Numbered from the stretch's first letter, positions 26,799 to 36,611 are shown. The stretch is 64,000 nt of DNA from Acetobacteraceae bacterium (GCA_035504175.1 DATJSJ010000231.1:10306-74305); one strand, 5' to 3'. Notes: generated from the letters alone by a model not told the origin. Program-made: numbers and translations.

Positions 26799-26876
26799 CT
26801 GGGGCCGTACGGCCCCAGTGAACGGGTCCCCATCGCGCTTGCGCGATGGGGACCCGTCCAGGGGCAAAGCCCCTGG
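26799..26876. repeat. Three consecutive GC-rich stem-loops (REP-like cluster)
   Basis: CTGGGGCCG-TA-CGGCCCCAG (26799-26818). ACGGGTCCCCATCGCGC-TT-GCGCGATGGGGACCCGT (26822-26857, 17-bp stem). CCAGGGGC-AAA-GCCCCTGG (26858-26876). They fill almost the whole gap between convergent genes. Confidence 0.6.
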
Positions 26877-26879
26877 CCT

Positions 26880-27017
26880 TCACTCGTCGAACAGGATCCG
26901 GTTCGCCGCTCCCTCCATATCCTCATACTGCCCCGCCCGCAGCGACCAGAGGAACACGCCAAGTCCGCCGCCGCCCAGCAGCAGGCTGAGGCCGATCAGA
27001 TAGAGGATGACGTTCAC
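26880..27017 (-). CDS. ccoS: cbb3 oxidase maturation protein CcoS/FixS
   Basis: The GTG at 27017 overlaps the ccoI stop (GTGA). VNVILYLIGLSLLLGGGGLGVFLWSLRAGQYEDMEGAANRILFDE is a typical 45-aa CcoS. Confidence 0.8.
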   Translation of the reverse strand: MNVILYLIGLSLLLGGGGLGVFLWSLRAGQYEDMEGAANRILFDE

Positions 27018-29401
27018 GAGCGGTCTCCTCGCAGGATGCGGAAGCTGTTGCTCATCACGATGAGCGACGACGCCGACATCGCCGCTGCCGCAAGCCATGG
27101 CGTGATCAGTCCCGCGATCGCGAGTGGCAGCATCAGCACGTTGTAGGCCAGCGACAGGGCGATGTTCTGGCGCGTCACGCTGCGGGCGCGCCGCGCGGTT
27201 TCGATGATGTCCGCGACCGGCCGCAGGTGCCGGCCCTGGAACACCACGTCGGCGACGGTCTGGCTGACATCGGCGCCGGTGGCCGGCGAGGCGGAGACGT
27301 GGGCGGCGGCGAGCGACGGGCCATCGTTCAGCCCGTCGCCCACCATTAGCACGTGGCGTCCTTCGGCGCGCAGCCGTTCCAGCAGCGCGACCTTGTCGGG
27401 GGGCGAGAGTTCCGCGTGGCTTTCGGTGATGGCGAGGGCGGCGGCGATGCGACCGACCGCGCCGGCCCGGTCGCCGGAGGCGAGGATGATGCGCAGGCCG
27501 CCGGCGCGCAGCCGGTCCAGCACGGCGCGGGCGTCGGGGCGGAGCGTTTCGGCGAAAGCGAAGCGGCAGGGCGGATGGCCGGGACGGGTCAGCCAGAGCT
27601 CGGGCGTCGGCGCCGGTGCCGGCGGCAGGCCGCAGAAGCTGCGGCTGCCGAGGCGTTCCTCACCCGCCGGCGTGGCGTGGGAGAGGCCCTGGCCGGAATG
27701 TTCGACCACGCCGGCGGCGGGTGCGGCCGGGCCCGCGGCGGCGGTGAGAGCGCGGGCCAGCGGATGGCGGCTCGTGGCGGCCAGAGCCGCGGCAACGCGC
27801 AGTGCCGCGGGATCGAGGGCGGCGACGTCGGCCAGGGCGAGTGTCGGTTCGGTGAGGGTGCCCGTCTTGTCAAAGACGATGGTGTCGATTTCGGCCAGCC
27901 GCTCCAGGGCGGTCGGCGATTTCAGCAGCGTGCCGCTGCGGAACAGGCGGGAGGTCGCGATCACCTGCACGACCGGCACGGCGAGCGCGAGCGCGCAGGG
28001 GCAGGTGATGATCAGGACGGTGGCGGCGACGAGCAGGCTGGTGGCGAGCGGGGCGCCGAGCACCGCCCACCAGAGCAGGAAGGTCAGCGCCGCGGCAATC
28101 TGCACGGCGGGCGCGTAGCGACGGGCGATGCGATCGGCGAGGACGACGAAGCGGCCGCGCCGCGATTCCGCTGCCTCGATCAGCCGTACGCATTCGCCGA
28201 GCAGCGTGGCATTGCCGGTCGCGGTGGTGCGCACCGTGACGGCTTCGCCGAGATTGAGCGTGCCGGCAAAGACCTGTGCGCCGGGTGAGGCGGCGACGGG
28301 CAGGCTCTCGCCGGTGACCAGGCTGGCATCGAGCGAGGTCTGGCCCCGGTCGATGATGCCATCGACGCCGATGCGCTCGCCCATGGCGACCAGCACGCGA
28401 TCGCCGATGGCGACCGAATCCTGCGCCAGGCGGCGCGTGGTTCCGTCGGGTTGCAGCACGCTGACGTCGCCGGCGCGCAGCGCCAGCAGGTGCTCGGCCG
28501 TCGCCCGGGCGCGCCCGCGGGCGCGGTGGTCGAGCACGCGGCCGGCGAGCAGGAAGAACACCAGGGTGAGGGCACTGTCGAAATAGATGTGCAGGCCGCC
28601 GCGCAGCGTCTCGACCAGGCTGATGGCGGTGACCAGGACGATGCCGAGGCTGACCGGCACGTCCATGTTGGTGCGGCCGGCGCGCAGTGCCGCGACGGCG
28701 GAGCGGAGGAACGGCATCGCGGCATAGGCGATGGCGGGCAGCGCGATCAGCGCCGAGAGCCAGTGCATCAGCCCGCGCGTTGCCGGACCCATGCCTTGCG
28801 CGAGCCCGGCCCAGGTGCCGATCGAGATCAGCATGACGTTGCCAGCGGCGAAGCCTGCGACCGCCAGGGCCCGCAGCAGCGCGCGTCCGGTACGGTCCTG
28901 GGCTGCGGCGAGGCAGGCGGGATCGAACGGCACCAGCCGGTAGCCGAGCGCCTCGACGCGGGCCACGAGATCGTCGGCCTGATCGGGTGTGCCGCGCCAG
29001 GCCAGGCGCAGGCTGCGCGTGGTCATGTTGACACGCGCAGTGAGCACCCTCGGCGCGCGCGCCAGCACGCTTTCGATCAGCCAGACGCAGGCGCCGCATT
29101 GCAGCCCGTCGACGGCAAGCGTCAGCTCATGCACGCCGCGCGCATCGGTGCGGAGGTGGCGCGCGAAGCTGCGCTGCTCCTGGATTTCGGGGCGCGGCGC
29201 GCGCAGCGCGGGATCGAGCAGGCGCCGCTGGTAGTAGGCGCCGAGGCCGAGCGCCTGGATGGTGGCGAAGGCCGCCTCGCAACCGGCGCAGCAGAAGCGG
29301 CCGCCGGCGGTCTCCTGCCCGCAATGGACGCAGAGCGACGCGGTCCGCTCGCGCGGCGCCGGCCGGGCGCCGAGGGTGGCGTCGAGCGCGAGTGTCGTCA
29401 C
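27014..29401 (-). CDS. ccoI: Copper-translocating P1B-type ATPase CcoI/FixI
   Basis: N-terminal Cys-rich region CVHCGQE...CCAGCEAAF, HMA-like LAVDGLQCGACVWLIE, TM CPC motif (ITCPCALALA), DKTGTLT, MVGDGLNDGPSL. The GTG at 29401 overlaps the fixH stop (GTGA). Confidence 0.9.
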   Translation of the reverse strand: MTTLALDATLGARPAPRERTASLCVHCGQETAGGRFCCAGCEAAFATIQALGLGAYYQRRLLDPALRAPRPEIQEQRSFARHLRTDARGVHELTLAVDGLQCGACVWLIESVLARAPRVLTARVNMTTRSLRLAWRGTPDQADDLVARVEALGYRLVPFDPACLAAAQDRTGRALLRALAVAGFAAGNVMLISIGTWAGLAQGMGPATRGLMHWLSALIALPAIAYAAMPFLRSAVAALRAGRTNMDVPVSLGIVLVTAISLVETLRGGLHIYFDSALTLVFFLLAGRVLDHRARGRARATAEHLLALRAGDVSVLQPDGTTRRLAQDSVAIGDRVLVAMGERIGVDGIIDRGQTSLDASLVTGESLPVAASPGAQVFAGTLNLGEAVTVRTTATGNATLLGECVRLIEAAESRRGRFVVLADRIARRYAPAVQIAAALTFLLWWAVLGAPLATSLLVAATVLIITCPCALALAVPVVQVIATSRLFRSGTLLKSPTALERLAEIDTIVFDKTGTLTEPTLALADVAALDPAALRVAAALAATSRHPLARALTAAAGPAAPAAGVVEHSGQGLSHATPAGEERLGSRSFCGLPPAPAPTPELWLTRPGHPPCRFAFAETLRPDARAVLDRLRAGGLRIILASGDRAGAVGRIAAALAITESHAELSPPDKVALLERLRAEGRHVLMVGDGLNDGPSLAAAHVSASPATGADVSQTVADVVFQGRHLRPVADIIETARRARSVTRQNIALSLAYNVLMLPLAIAGLITPWLAAAAMSASSLIVMSNSFRILRGDRS

Positions 29402-29907
29402 CGCGCGATGACGCGGCGGGTGGCGCGGAAGCGGTGCCGGCCGCTTGCGGCTTGCAGCACGAGATCCCACTGGCCCGGCAGCGGCAGCGCCACGTCGGCG
29501 ACCAGCGTGCCGTCCGCAGTCGGGTGGAAAATCAGCGCGGTCTGGTACAGCGGGCCGAGCGGCCGTTCCGCCACGCCGGTGACCACGATGCCGGCGAGAC
29601 CACGGCCTTGCGCGTCAAGCAGCCGCAGTACCGGCCGGCGCCCGTCCGTCTCGGCGGTCAGCGTCCAGCCGAGCCGGTCCTGCCGCTGCTCGGCGGCCAG
29701 GATGCGGTCGTATTGGTTGCTGATATCGAACCCGTCCATGCCGGCGGCACCGGGGAAAGTGCTGAGGGCGGCCCAGATCATCCAGGCATTGACCGCAATC
29801 ACCAGGAAGAGCGAGGCGGCGATCGCCCAGGGAAACAGGCGCCAGACGGAACGGTGCGGCGGTGGCAGCGCGGCGGGCAGCGGCGGCAGGCGTCCGAGAT
29901 GGCTCAT
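29398..29907 (-). CDS. ccoH: FixH/CcoH family protein
   Basis: 169 aa, with a single TM (WRLFPWAIAASLFLVIAVNAWMIWAAL) and then a periplasmic FixH domain. It sits between ccoG and ccoI. Confidence 0.8.
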   Translation of the reverse strand: MSHLGRLPPLPAALPPPHRSVWRLFPWAIAASLFLVIAVNAWMIWAALSTFPGAAGMDGFDISNQYDRILAAEQRQDRLGWTLTAETDGRRPVLRLLDAQGRGLAGIVVTGVAERPLGPLYQTALIFHPTADGTLVADVALPLPGQWDLVLQAASGRHRFRATRRVIAR

Positions 29908-29920
29908 GGGGTGCTCCCGC

Positions 29921-31423
29921 TCAGGACCCGTGCGGACCGACGAACAGCGAGCGGTAGGTCACGCGCCGTCCGGATTGCGGATCGCGGAGAACGAAATCGA
30001 GTGGCTGCTTGCCGTCGCGCAGCGCCGTCGGGCGACCCTGCACGACGACGCGGAAGGTGCCGACCGATTCGGCGGCGACCGGCAGGGCGAGTTCGTGGCG
30101 TTTCGCGGCACTCTGCTCCGACAGGATCATCGTCGCGTCCGGCAGCCCGGCGGTGGTGAGCGCGAAGGTGGTGGCGTGCGGCGTCTTGTTGTCGACCTTC
30201 AGCGTGTAGCCGTTGCGCAGCGAGCCGTCGCGCAGCGGCACGAAGAGCGGCGCGCGGTCATGCAGCACGGACAGCGACGTGACCGGTCGCAGCACCAGCC
30301 CGGCCGTGATCGCGACGGCGACCAGCAGCAACGCGCCGGCATAGAGCATGGTGCGCAGCCGCCACCAGCGGATCGGCAGCGCCTGGCCCTGCTTCCTCGC
30401 CGCCTGGCGGGCGAGCGTGTCCCAGGTGATCAGCCAGGGCTGCGCGCCGACCTTCTGCATCACCTCGTTGCAGGCGTCGACGCACAGGCCGCAATTGATG
30501 CACTCGAGCTGCACGCCGTCGCGGATGTCGATTCCCGTCGGGCAGACGTTGACGCAGGCGCTGCAATCGACGCAGTCGCCGAGCGGCGGCGCATCGGTGC
30601 GCGCCTGTGCCGCATCCGGCGTGCGCTTGCCGTGACCGCGCGGCTCACCGCGCCAGCCCTGGTACGTGACGATCAGCGTCTGCTCGTCGAGCATCGCCGA
30701 CTGGAAGCGCGGCCAGGGGCACATGTAGGTGCAGACCTGCTCGCGCGCCCAGCCGGCCAGCGCGTAGGTCGTGCCGGTGAACAGGAAGGTGAAGAAGTAG
30801 ACCGGCGTGGAGGCGTTGAACGTCCAGAAGGCGCGCGTGACGCTGGGTGCGTCGACGTAGTACGTGATCCAGGCGCCGCCGGTCCAGAAGGCGATGCCGA
30901 GCCAGATCGCGTGCTTCGCCGTCTTGCGCCAGGTCTTGTCGAGGCTGAGCGGGGACGCGTCACGGCGCATGCGGGCGTTGCGGTCGCCCTCGATCAGCCG
31001 CTCGACCCACATGAACAGGTCGGTCCAGACCGTCTGCGGGCAGGAATAGCCGCACCAGACGCGACCGAACACGCTGGTGACCAGAAACAGGCTGAGTGCG
31101 CCGAGGATCAGGAGACCGGTCAGGATGTAGAAGTCCTGCGGCCAGAGCGTCAGGCCGAAGAAGTAGAAACGCTCGTTCCAGATATCGAGCAGCACCGCCT
31201 GATCCGGCATCGACGGGCCGCGATCCCAGCGCAGCCAGGGCAGGGCGTAGTAGATCGCGAGGCAGGCGATCAGCACCGCCCATTTGAAGCGCCGCACCGG
31301 ACCGCGCACCGCGCGCGGATAGACCCGCACGCGGCTGGCGTAGAGCGGACCGGGCGCCTCCGCCGCGAGCTCCGTCGGGTCGTGCACCGCCGACACCGCG
31401 CTCTCCTCCCGCCTATTGTCCAC
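29921..31423 (-). CDS. ccoG: cbb3 oxidase accessory 4Fe-4S ferredoxin CcoG/FixG
   Basis: WCGYSCPQT, then two ferredoxin motifs CVDCSACVNVCPTGIDIRDG and CINCGLCVDACNEVM. There are several TM helices and a C-terminal Ig-like domain. Confidence 0.9.
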   Translation of the reverse strand: MDNRREESAVSAVHDPTELAAEAPGPLYASRVRVYPRAVRGPVRRFKWAVLIACLAIYYALPWLRWDRGPSMPDQAVLLDIWNERFYFFGLTLWPQDFYILTGLLILGALSLFLVTSVFGRVWCGYSCPQTVWTDLFMWVERLIEGDRNARMRRDASPLSLDKTWRKTAKHAIWLGIAFWTGGAWITYYVDAPSVTRAFWTFNASTPVYFFTFLFTGTTYALAGWAREQVCTYMCPWPRFQSAMLDEQTLIVTYQGWRGEPRGHGKRTPDAAQARTDAPPLGDCVDCSACVNVCPTGIDIRDGVQLECINCGLCVDACNEVMQKVGAQPWLITWDTLARQAARKQGQALPIRWWRLRTMLYAGALLLVAVAITAGLVLRPVTSLSVLHDRAPLFVPLRDGSLRNGYTLKVDNKTPHATTFALTTAGLPDATMILSEQSAAKRHELALPVAAESVGTFRVVVQGRPTALRDGKQPLDFVLRDPQSGRRVTYRSLFVGPHGS

Positions 31424-32282
31424 CGCCGAGGGAATGCACGTAGAGTGCCACGCTCTTGATCGTCGCCGGGTCGAGGCGGTGATTCCAGTTCGGCATCACC
31501 CCCATGCGCGGATTGGTGACCTGCGCAACGATGGTAGCACGGTTGGCGTCGTAGAGATGGATGTGGCTGGCGAGCGGCGGCGCGCCGACATCCTGGTTGC
31601 CCTGGCCCTTGTCGCCGTGACACATGGCACAATTGTCGGCGAAGATCTGCCGCCCGGCGCTGATGTCCCGGCCCGGCTTGGCGATGCCGTAGAGCGCGGT
31701 GACGTAATCGGCGACCGCCTGGATCTGCTCCGGCTTGAGGATGCCGTCGACGCCGAAGCGCGGCATCTGGCTCGACCGCGCATCGGGATCGCCGCTGCGG
31801 ATGCCGACCGTGACGGTGTGCTGGATGTCGCCGATCCGGCCGCCCCAGAGCCAGACATCGTCGCCGAGCGCCGGGTAGCCGATGCGGCCCTCGCCGTTCG
31901 GGCCGTGGCAGGGCTGGCAGTTGTTGGCGAAGGTGATGCGGCCGTCGGTCATTGCCACCGCCATCAGGTCGGGATGCTTTTCGATCGCCGCGAAGGGCAG
32001 GCGGCCGATCTCGGCCATCGCCGCCTCGTGCCGCGCATCGATCGCCGCCACCTCGCGCATCGCGGTCGCACGGCTGGAATAGCCGAGCAGGCCGTGGAAA
32101 TAGGTGCGGCCCAGCGGGATCGACGGATAGAGCAGGCAGAAGACCGCGGCCCAGATGATGGTCGCGACGAAGACGTAGACCCACCATTTCGGCAGCGGCG
32201 TGTCGAGCTCGCGGATGCCGTCCCATTCATGGCCGGTGGTGTCGCGGCCGGTCACCGAGTCCTTCTCGATCTTGGTCGGCAT
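31413..32282 (-). CDS. ccoP: cbb3-type cytochrome c oxidase subunit III (diheme CcoP/FixP)
   Basis: GHEWDGIRELDTPLPKWW at the N-terminus. There are two heme c sites, CQPCHG and CAMCHG. Confidence 0.93.
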   Translation of the reverse strand: MPTKIEKDSVTGRDTTGHEWDGIRELDTPLPKWWVYVFVATIIWAAVFCLLYPSIPLGRTYFHGLLGYSSRATAMREVAAIDARHEAAMAEIGRLPFAAIEKHPDLMAVAMTDGRITFANNCQPCHGPNGEGRIGYPALGDDVWLWGGRIGDIQHTVTVGIRSGDPDARSSQMPRFGVDGILKPEQIQAVADYVTALYGIAKPGRDISAGRQIFADNCAMCHGDKGQGNQDVGAPPLASHIHLYDANRATIVAQVTNPRMGVMPNWNHRLDPATIKSVALYVHSLGGGQ

Positions 32283-32292
32283 CTCGCGCTCC

Positions 32293-32445
32293 TCAGCGGT
32301 CGTCGTCGAGCGGGACCATGCCGCGGCGCTCGATCGCCCGTTTGCGGCCCGGCCAGTAGGTCGCCGCGACGATCGCGGCGAAGATCGCGAACATCGGGAT
32401 GATGGCGTGGAGCTGCAGCCAGTGCAGCAGCGTCGCGAGGGTCAT
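32293..32445 (-). CDS. ccoQ: cbb3-type cytochrome c oxidase subunit CcoQ/FixQ (50 aa, below the ORF-track cutoff)
   Basis: Hand translation: MTLATLLHWLQLHAIIPMFAIFAAIVAATYWPGRKRAIERRGMVPLDDDR. It has a single TM and the conserved YWP..K signature, between ccoO and ccoP. Confidence 0.7.
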   Translation of the reverse strand: MTLATLLHWLQLHAIIPMFAIFAAIVAATYWPGRKRAIERRGMVPLDDDR

Positions 32446-32454
32446 CGGCGCCTC

Positions 32455-33174
32455 CTATTGCCGCAACTGCTCTTCGCTGGTGTCGGCGAAGTTCACCATC
32501 GTGCCGAGCACCTGGAGGTAGGCGACGAGCGCATCCATCTCGGTCACCTGCTGCCCGTCGCCCGAGGCGGTGACCGATTTCGGGTAGCGCTTCAGCACGC
32601 CGGTCTGGTCGGCCTGCGGGTTGGCCTGGGCCTCGAGATCGGCGCGGGCGTTGCGGATGTCGTCGTCGGTGTAGGGCACGCCGACCAGCCGGTTGGCGCG
32701 CAGGTGGTCCTCGATATGGCTGTCGTCGAGCAGCTGATCCGCCAGGAAGGCGTAGTGCGGCATCAGGCTCTCCGGCACCATCGATTGCGGGTTCTTCAGA
32801 TGCGCGTAGTGCCAGTCGTTGGAGTATTTGCCGCCGACCCGGGCGAGGTCGGGGCCGATGCGCTTGCTGCCCCATTGGAACGGGTGGTCATACATGCTCT
32901 CCGCCGCCAGGCTGTAGTGGCCGTAGCGCTCGACCTCGTCGCGCAGCGCGCGGATCTGCTGGCTGTGACAAAGGTAGCAGCCCTCGCGCACGTAGATGTC
33001 GCGGCCCATCAGCTCGAGCGGCGAGTAGGGGCGCACGCCCTGCACGTGCTCGACCGTGGTCTCGATCGTGAACAGCGGCACGATTTCGACCAGTCCGCCG
33101 ATCGCGACCGTGACCAGGGTGGCGATCACCAGCAGCAGCGCGTTCTTCTCGAAGGTCTCGTGACGGATCCGCAT
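32455..33174 (-). CDS. ccoO: cbb3-type cytochrome c oxidase subunit II (monoheme CcoO/FixO)
   Basis: [21 protein letters not shown]...[15 protein letters not shown]...[20 protein letters not shown]. Confidence 0.95.
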   Translation of the reverse strand: MRIRHETFEKNALLLVIATLVTVAIGGLVEIVPLFTIETTVEHVQGVRPYSPLELMGRDIYVREGCYLCHSQQIRALRDEVERYGHYSLAAESMYDHPFQWGSKRIGPDLARVGGKYSNDWHYAHLKNPQSMVPESLMPHYAFLADQLLDDSHIEDHLRANRLVGVPYTDDDIRNARADLEAQANPQADQTGVLKRYPKSVTASGDGQQVTEMDALVAYLQVLGTMVNFADTSEEQLRQ

Positions 33175-33178
33175 GGCA

Positions 33179-34681
33179 TCAGGCTCCGATCACGGGCACG
33201 AGCGGGGTGGACGGGATGGGCGACAGCGCCGCTTCCCGTTCGGTGCTCGGGCTCTGCACCGTCATGATCAGGTTGTAGGCCATCAGCAAGCCGCCGATCA
33301 GGAACAGCACGCCGCCCAGCATGCGGATGACGAAGAACGGGTGGACGGCGACGACGCTCTCGACGAAGGAGTACTGGAGGAAGCCGTTGGCGTCGTAGGC
33401 GCGCCACATCAGCCCCTCCATGATGCCGGCGACCCACATCGAGGTGATGTAGAGCACGATGCCGAGCGTCGATATCCAGTAGTGCCAGGCGGCGAGCCGC
33501 ACCGAGTAGAGGCCGCTGCGTCGCCAGAGATTCGGCACCAGGTAGTAGATCGCGCCGAAGCTGATGAAGGCGACCCAGCCGAGTGCGCCGGAGTGCACGT
33601 GGCCGATCGTCCAGTCGGTGTAGTGGCTGAGCGCGTTGACCTGGCGCACCGACATCACCGGCCCCTCGAAGGTCGCCATGCCGTAGAAGCCGACGGCGGT
33701 GACGGAGAAGCGCAGGCCGGGATCGGTACGCAGCTTGTCCCAGGCGCCGGACAGCGTCATCAGCCCGTTGATCATGCCGCCCCAGGAGGGCATCCACAGC
33801 ATGATGGAAAACGCCATGCCGAGCGTCTGTGCCCAGTCCGGCAGCGCCGTCCAGTGCAGGTGATGCGGGCCGGCCCAGATGTAGATGAAGATCAGCGCCC
33901 AGAAATGGATGATCGACAGCCGGTAGGAGTAGACCGGCCGTCCCGCCGCCTTCGGGATGTAGTAGTACATCATGCCGAGGAAGCCGGCGGTGAGGAAGAA
34001 GCCGACGGCGTTATGGCCGTACCACCACTGGATCAGTGCGTCCTGCGCGCCGGAGAACAGCGAGTAGCTCTTGGCGCCGAACCAGGAGACCGGCACCCCG
34101 AGATTGTTGCCGATGTGCAGCACGGCGATGGTCAGGATGAAGGCGAGATAGAACCAGTTGGCGACGTAGATGTGCGGCTCCTGCCGCTTCACCAGCGTGC
34201 CGATGAAGATCGCGGCGTAGAGCACCCAGACCAGCGTCAGCCACAGGTCGAGATGCCATTCGGGCTCAGCGTACTCGCGGCTTTTGCTGAATCCCATGAC
34301 GTAGCTCAGCGCCGCCATGACGATGAAGAACTGGTAGCCCCAGAAGACGAAATCGGCGAGCGCCTCGCCGCCGAACAGGCGCGCGCGGCAGGTGCGCTGC
34401 ACGACATGGAAGGAGGTGCCGAGCAGCGCCGAGCCGCCGAAGGCGAAGATCGCGGCCGAGGTGTGCACCGGCCGCAGCCGGCCGAAATTCAGCCAGGGCA
34501 GACCGAAGTTGAGCGCCGGCCAGGCAAGCTCGGAGGCGATGTAGACGCCGACCAGGAAGGCGACGATCGACCAGAACACCGCGGCGATGACGAATTTCTG
34601 GACGACTGCCTCGTTGTACTCGACCGCCGCGGGGATGGGCGGTGCGGCGGTGGCAGGGCCTGCGAGCGCCAGATCAGACAT
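33179..34681 (-). CDS. ccoN: cbb3-type cytochrome c oxidase subunit I (CcoN/FixN)
   Basis: 500 aa, 12+ TM heme-copper oxidase. [50 protein letters not shown]. Confidence 0.95.
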   Translation of the reverse strand: MSDLALAGPATAAPPIPAAVEYNEAVVQKFVIAAVFWSIVAFLVGVYIASELAWPALNFGLPWLNFGRLRPVHTSAAIFAFGGSALLGTSFHVVQRTCRARLFGGEALADFVFWGYQFFIVMAALSYVMGFSKSREYAEPEWHLDLWLTLVWVLYAAIFIGTLVKRQEPHIYVANWFYLAFILTIAVLHIGNNLGVPVSWFGAKSYSLFSGAQDALIQWWYGHNAVGFFLTAGFLGMMYYYIPKAAGRPVYSYRLSIIHFWALIFIYIWAGPHHLHWTALPDWAQTLGMAFSIMLWMPSWGGMINGLMTLSGAWDKLRTDPGLRFSVTAVGFYGMATFEGPVMSVRQVNALSHYTDWTIGHVHSGALGWVAFISFGAIYYLVPNLWRRSGLYSVRLAAWHYWISTLGIVLYITSMWVAGIMEGLMWRAYDANGFLQYSFVESVVAVHPFFVIRMLGGVLFLIGGLLMAYNLIMTVQSPSTEREAALSPIPSTPLVPVIGA

Positions 34682-34886
34682 GCTCGCGGCTCCGCGCGCG
34701 CGCCGCGTCAGCGCGGTCGAAATGGCGGCGGATCTGGCCCATGACGAACACCACGGCGAAGCCCGCCAGCGACAGGCCGAAGATGAAGATCTCTTCGTCG
34801 ATCGCGCGCGAGGCCATGACCAGGCCGAGGAGTCCGAGCGCGACCATCATCGCCCCGACCACCATGTCGGATGTCTCGATTTCCAT
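34674..34886 (-). CDS. Small two-TM membrane protein translationally coupled to ccoN
   Basis: The ATG at 34886 is preceded by [81 protein letters not shown]. Its 3' end overlaps the ccoN start by 8 nt, and it lies downstream of the FixK box at 34979. Confidence 0.5.
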   Translation of the reverse strand: MEIETSDMVVGAMMVALGLLGLVMASRAIDEEIFIFGLSLAGFAVVFVMGQIRRHFDRADAARARSREHV

Positions 34887-34978
34887 CCCACCCCCTCTGC
34901 GGCCACCGTCTCCGGCTGGCGTGCCGAAGCCGCGGGTGCCCAAGGGGCGGAGCATGCCAGCGAGGCGATGCCGCGGAA

Positions 34979-34992
34979 TTGATCTAGGTCAA
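34979..34992. promoter_or_regulatory. FixK/FNR-type box TTGATCTAGGTCAA upstream of the cco operon
   Basis: TTGA-N6-TCAA in the divergent intergenic region between the ccoN-side operon and the DsbD_2-like gene. Confidence 0.65.
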
Positions 34993-35026
34993 CGCCTCGT
35001 GATCAGGCGGCGCTATTGTTCCCCGG

Positions 35027-35782
35027 ATGCCAGAACCCGCGCTTCTGCTCGGCCGGCTGTGTGACCCGGCGGCATCGCTGTCGGGCGGCGCCGTCTGGGC
35101 GGGGCTGCTGGTCGCCGGCGCGGCGGGCAGCGTGCTGCACTGTGCGCCGATGTGCGGGCCGTTCGTGCTCGGCCAGGTGGCCGATCGGATGGCGGCGATC
35201 CCGGCGAAGCGGCTGTCCGAGGCGCATCGGCTCCGCGCCGGGCTGCTGCTGCCCTACCATCTCGGCCGCCTGACCACCTATGCGGCACTCGGCGCGCTGG
35301 CCGCGCTGGCCGGCGACGCGCTCGCCCGGCTGCCCTGGCTCGGACGCCTGTCGGGCCTGCTGCTGCTGGCGGCGGCGCTGCTGTTCCTGGCCCAGGGGTT
35401 GCGGCGGGCGGTGCCGGCGATCGGGCTGCCCGCCGGGCGCGGGCGCGGCGCGCCGACCGCGCTGCGCTGCCTCGCGGCGTGCCGCCTGCGGCGGCCGATC
35501 GGCGGCTATCGGCTCGGACTGGCGCTGGGCTTCCTGCCCTGCGGCTTCCTCTACGGCGCGCTTGCCGTGGCCGGGGCGAGCGCGGGACCGGTCGGCGGGG
35601 CGCTCGACATGCTGGCCTTCGGCACCGGCACCGCCGCCAGCCTCATGGTGGTGGGCGTCGCCGGCCAGGCGGCGCTGGGGCGCTGGCAAGGCGTGCTCGG
35701 TCGCGTCTCACCGGCGCTGCTGACGCTGAACGCGGCACTGCTGGCGGCGCTGGCGATCGGCCGGCTGCTCGGCAGCGCCTGA
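35027..35782 (+). CDS. DsbD_2 / TauE-like integral membrane protein (HCxxMCGP motif)
   Basis: VLHCAPMCGPFVLGQV...LLPYHLGRLTTYAALGA...FLPCGFLYGAL, six or more TM helices. This family is commonly found beside cco/fix genes. Confidence 0.75.
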   Translation: MPEPALLLGRLCDPAASLSGGAVWAGLLVAGAAGSVLHCAPMCGPFVLGQVADRMAAIPAKRLSEAHRLRAGLLLPYHLGRLTTYAALGALAALAGDALARLPWLGRLSGLLLLAAALLFLAQGLRRAVPAIGLPAGRGRGAPTALRCLAACRLRRPIGGYRLGLALGFLPCGFLYGALAVAGASAGPVGGALDMLAFGTGTAASLMVVGVAGQAALGRWQGVLGRVSPALLTLNAALLAALAIGRLLGSA

Positions 35783-35793
35783 TCGCGTCGCTC

Positions 35794-36426
35794 TCAGCCG
35801 CCGGCCGCACCCGGATCGGCGGTCAGTACCAGCCGGACCAGATCGGGCAGGCTCTCGGCATCGAGCTTTTCGAACACCCGCGCCCGATGCACCTCGATGG
35901 TGCGCGGACTGGCGCCGAGCCGCTGGCCGATCGCCTTGGTCGAAAGCCCGGCGGCCAGCAGGTCGAGCACTTCGCGCTCCCGCGGCGTCAGCGCCGCCAG
36001 GCGCTTCCGCGCACGGCCGGCGGCGGCGTCGCGGTCCTGCCGGCGGTGGCTCTCCGCCACGGCCCGGCGCACGGCGTCGAGCAGCGCCTCGTCACCGAAC
36101 GGCTTTTCCAGGAAGTCGACCGCGCCGGCCTTCATCGCCCGCACCGCGAGCGGGATGTCGCCCTGTCCGGTCATGACGATGACCGGCAGGTCGATACGGC
36201 GCTCGGCGAGACGCTGCTGCAGTTCGAGCCCGTCCATCCCCGGCATGCGCAGGTCAGTCAACACGCAGCCGGAACAGCCGGGCGCGGCACCGAGAAACTC
36301 GGCCGGATCGGCATGGGTACGCACGTGAAATCCCGCCGCTTCGAGAAGAACGCGCAGGGAGTCGCGGATCGCGTCGTCGTCGTCGACGATGTGGATCGTA
36401 TCAGCCGGGTCCACGCAGGACCCCAT
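35794..36426 (-). CDS. fixJ: Response regulator FixJ (receiver + LuxR-type HTH)
   Basis: IHIVDDDDAIRDSLRVLLEAAGFHV...VLTDLRMPGMDGLELQQRL...PVIVMTGQGDIPLAVRAMKAGAVDFLEKPF, then TPREREVLDLLAAGLSTKAIGQRLGASPRTIEVHRARVFEKL. Confidence 0.85.
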   Translation of the reverse strand: MGSCVDPADTIHIVDDDDAIRDSLRVLLEAAGFHVRTHADPAEFLGAAPGCSGCVLTDLRMPGMDGLELQQRLAERRIDLPVIVMTGQGDIPLAVRAMKAGAVDFLEKPFGDEALLDAVRRAVAESHRRQDRDAAAGRARKRLAALTPREREVLDLLAAGLSTKAIGQRLGASPRTIEVHRARVFEKLDAESLPDLVRLVLTADPGAAGG

Positions 36427-36597
36427 CGTGCGCCCGCGGGCGCTCGAATGGCAGGATCACCGTATGCCGGGCACTGTTCGACAGACCGGGCGAGGGGCAG
36501 AATCGGAACACGACGGCGCCGTCCAGAGCAGGGCTGCCCGCATTTGCGGGCGTGCAGCAGCGGCGATCTGGTCCCATTCGCAGGCGAAACGGCCGGA

Positions 36598-36611
36598 TTG
36601 ATCTCGATCAA
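36598..36611. promoter_or_regulatory. Perfect FixK/FNR box TTGATCTCGATCAA
   Basis: An exact 14-bp palindrome centred about 64 nt upstream of the CBS/BON gene (36669) and about 178 nt upstream of fixJ (36426). Confidence 0.7.
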
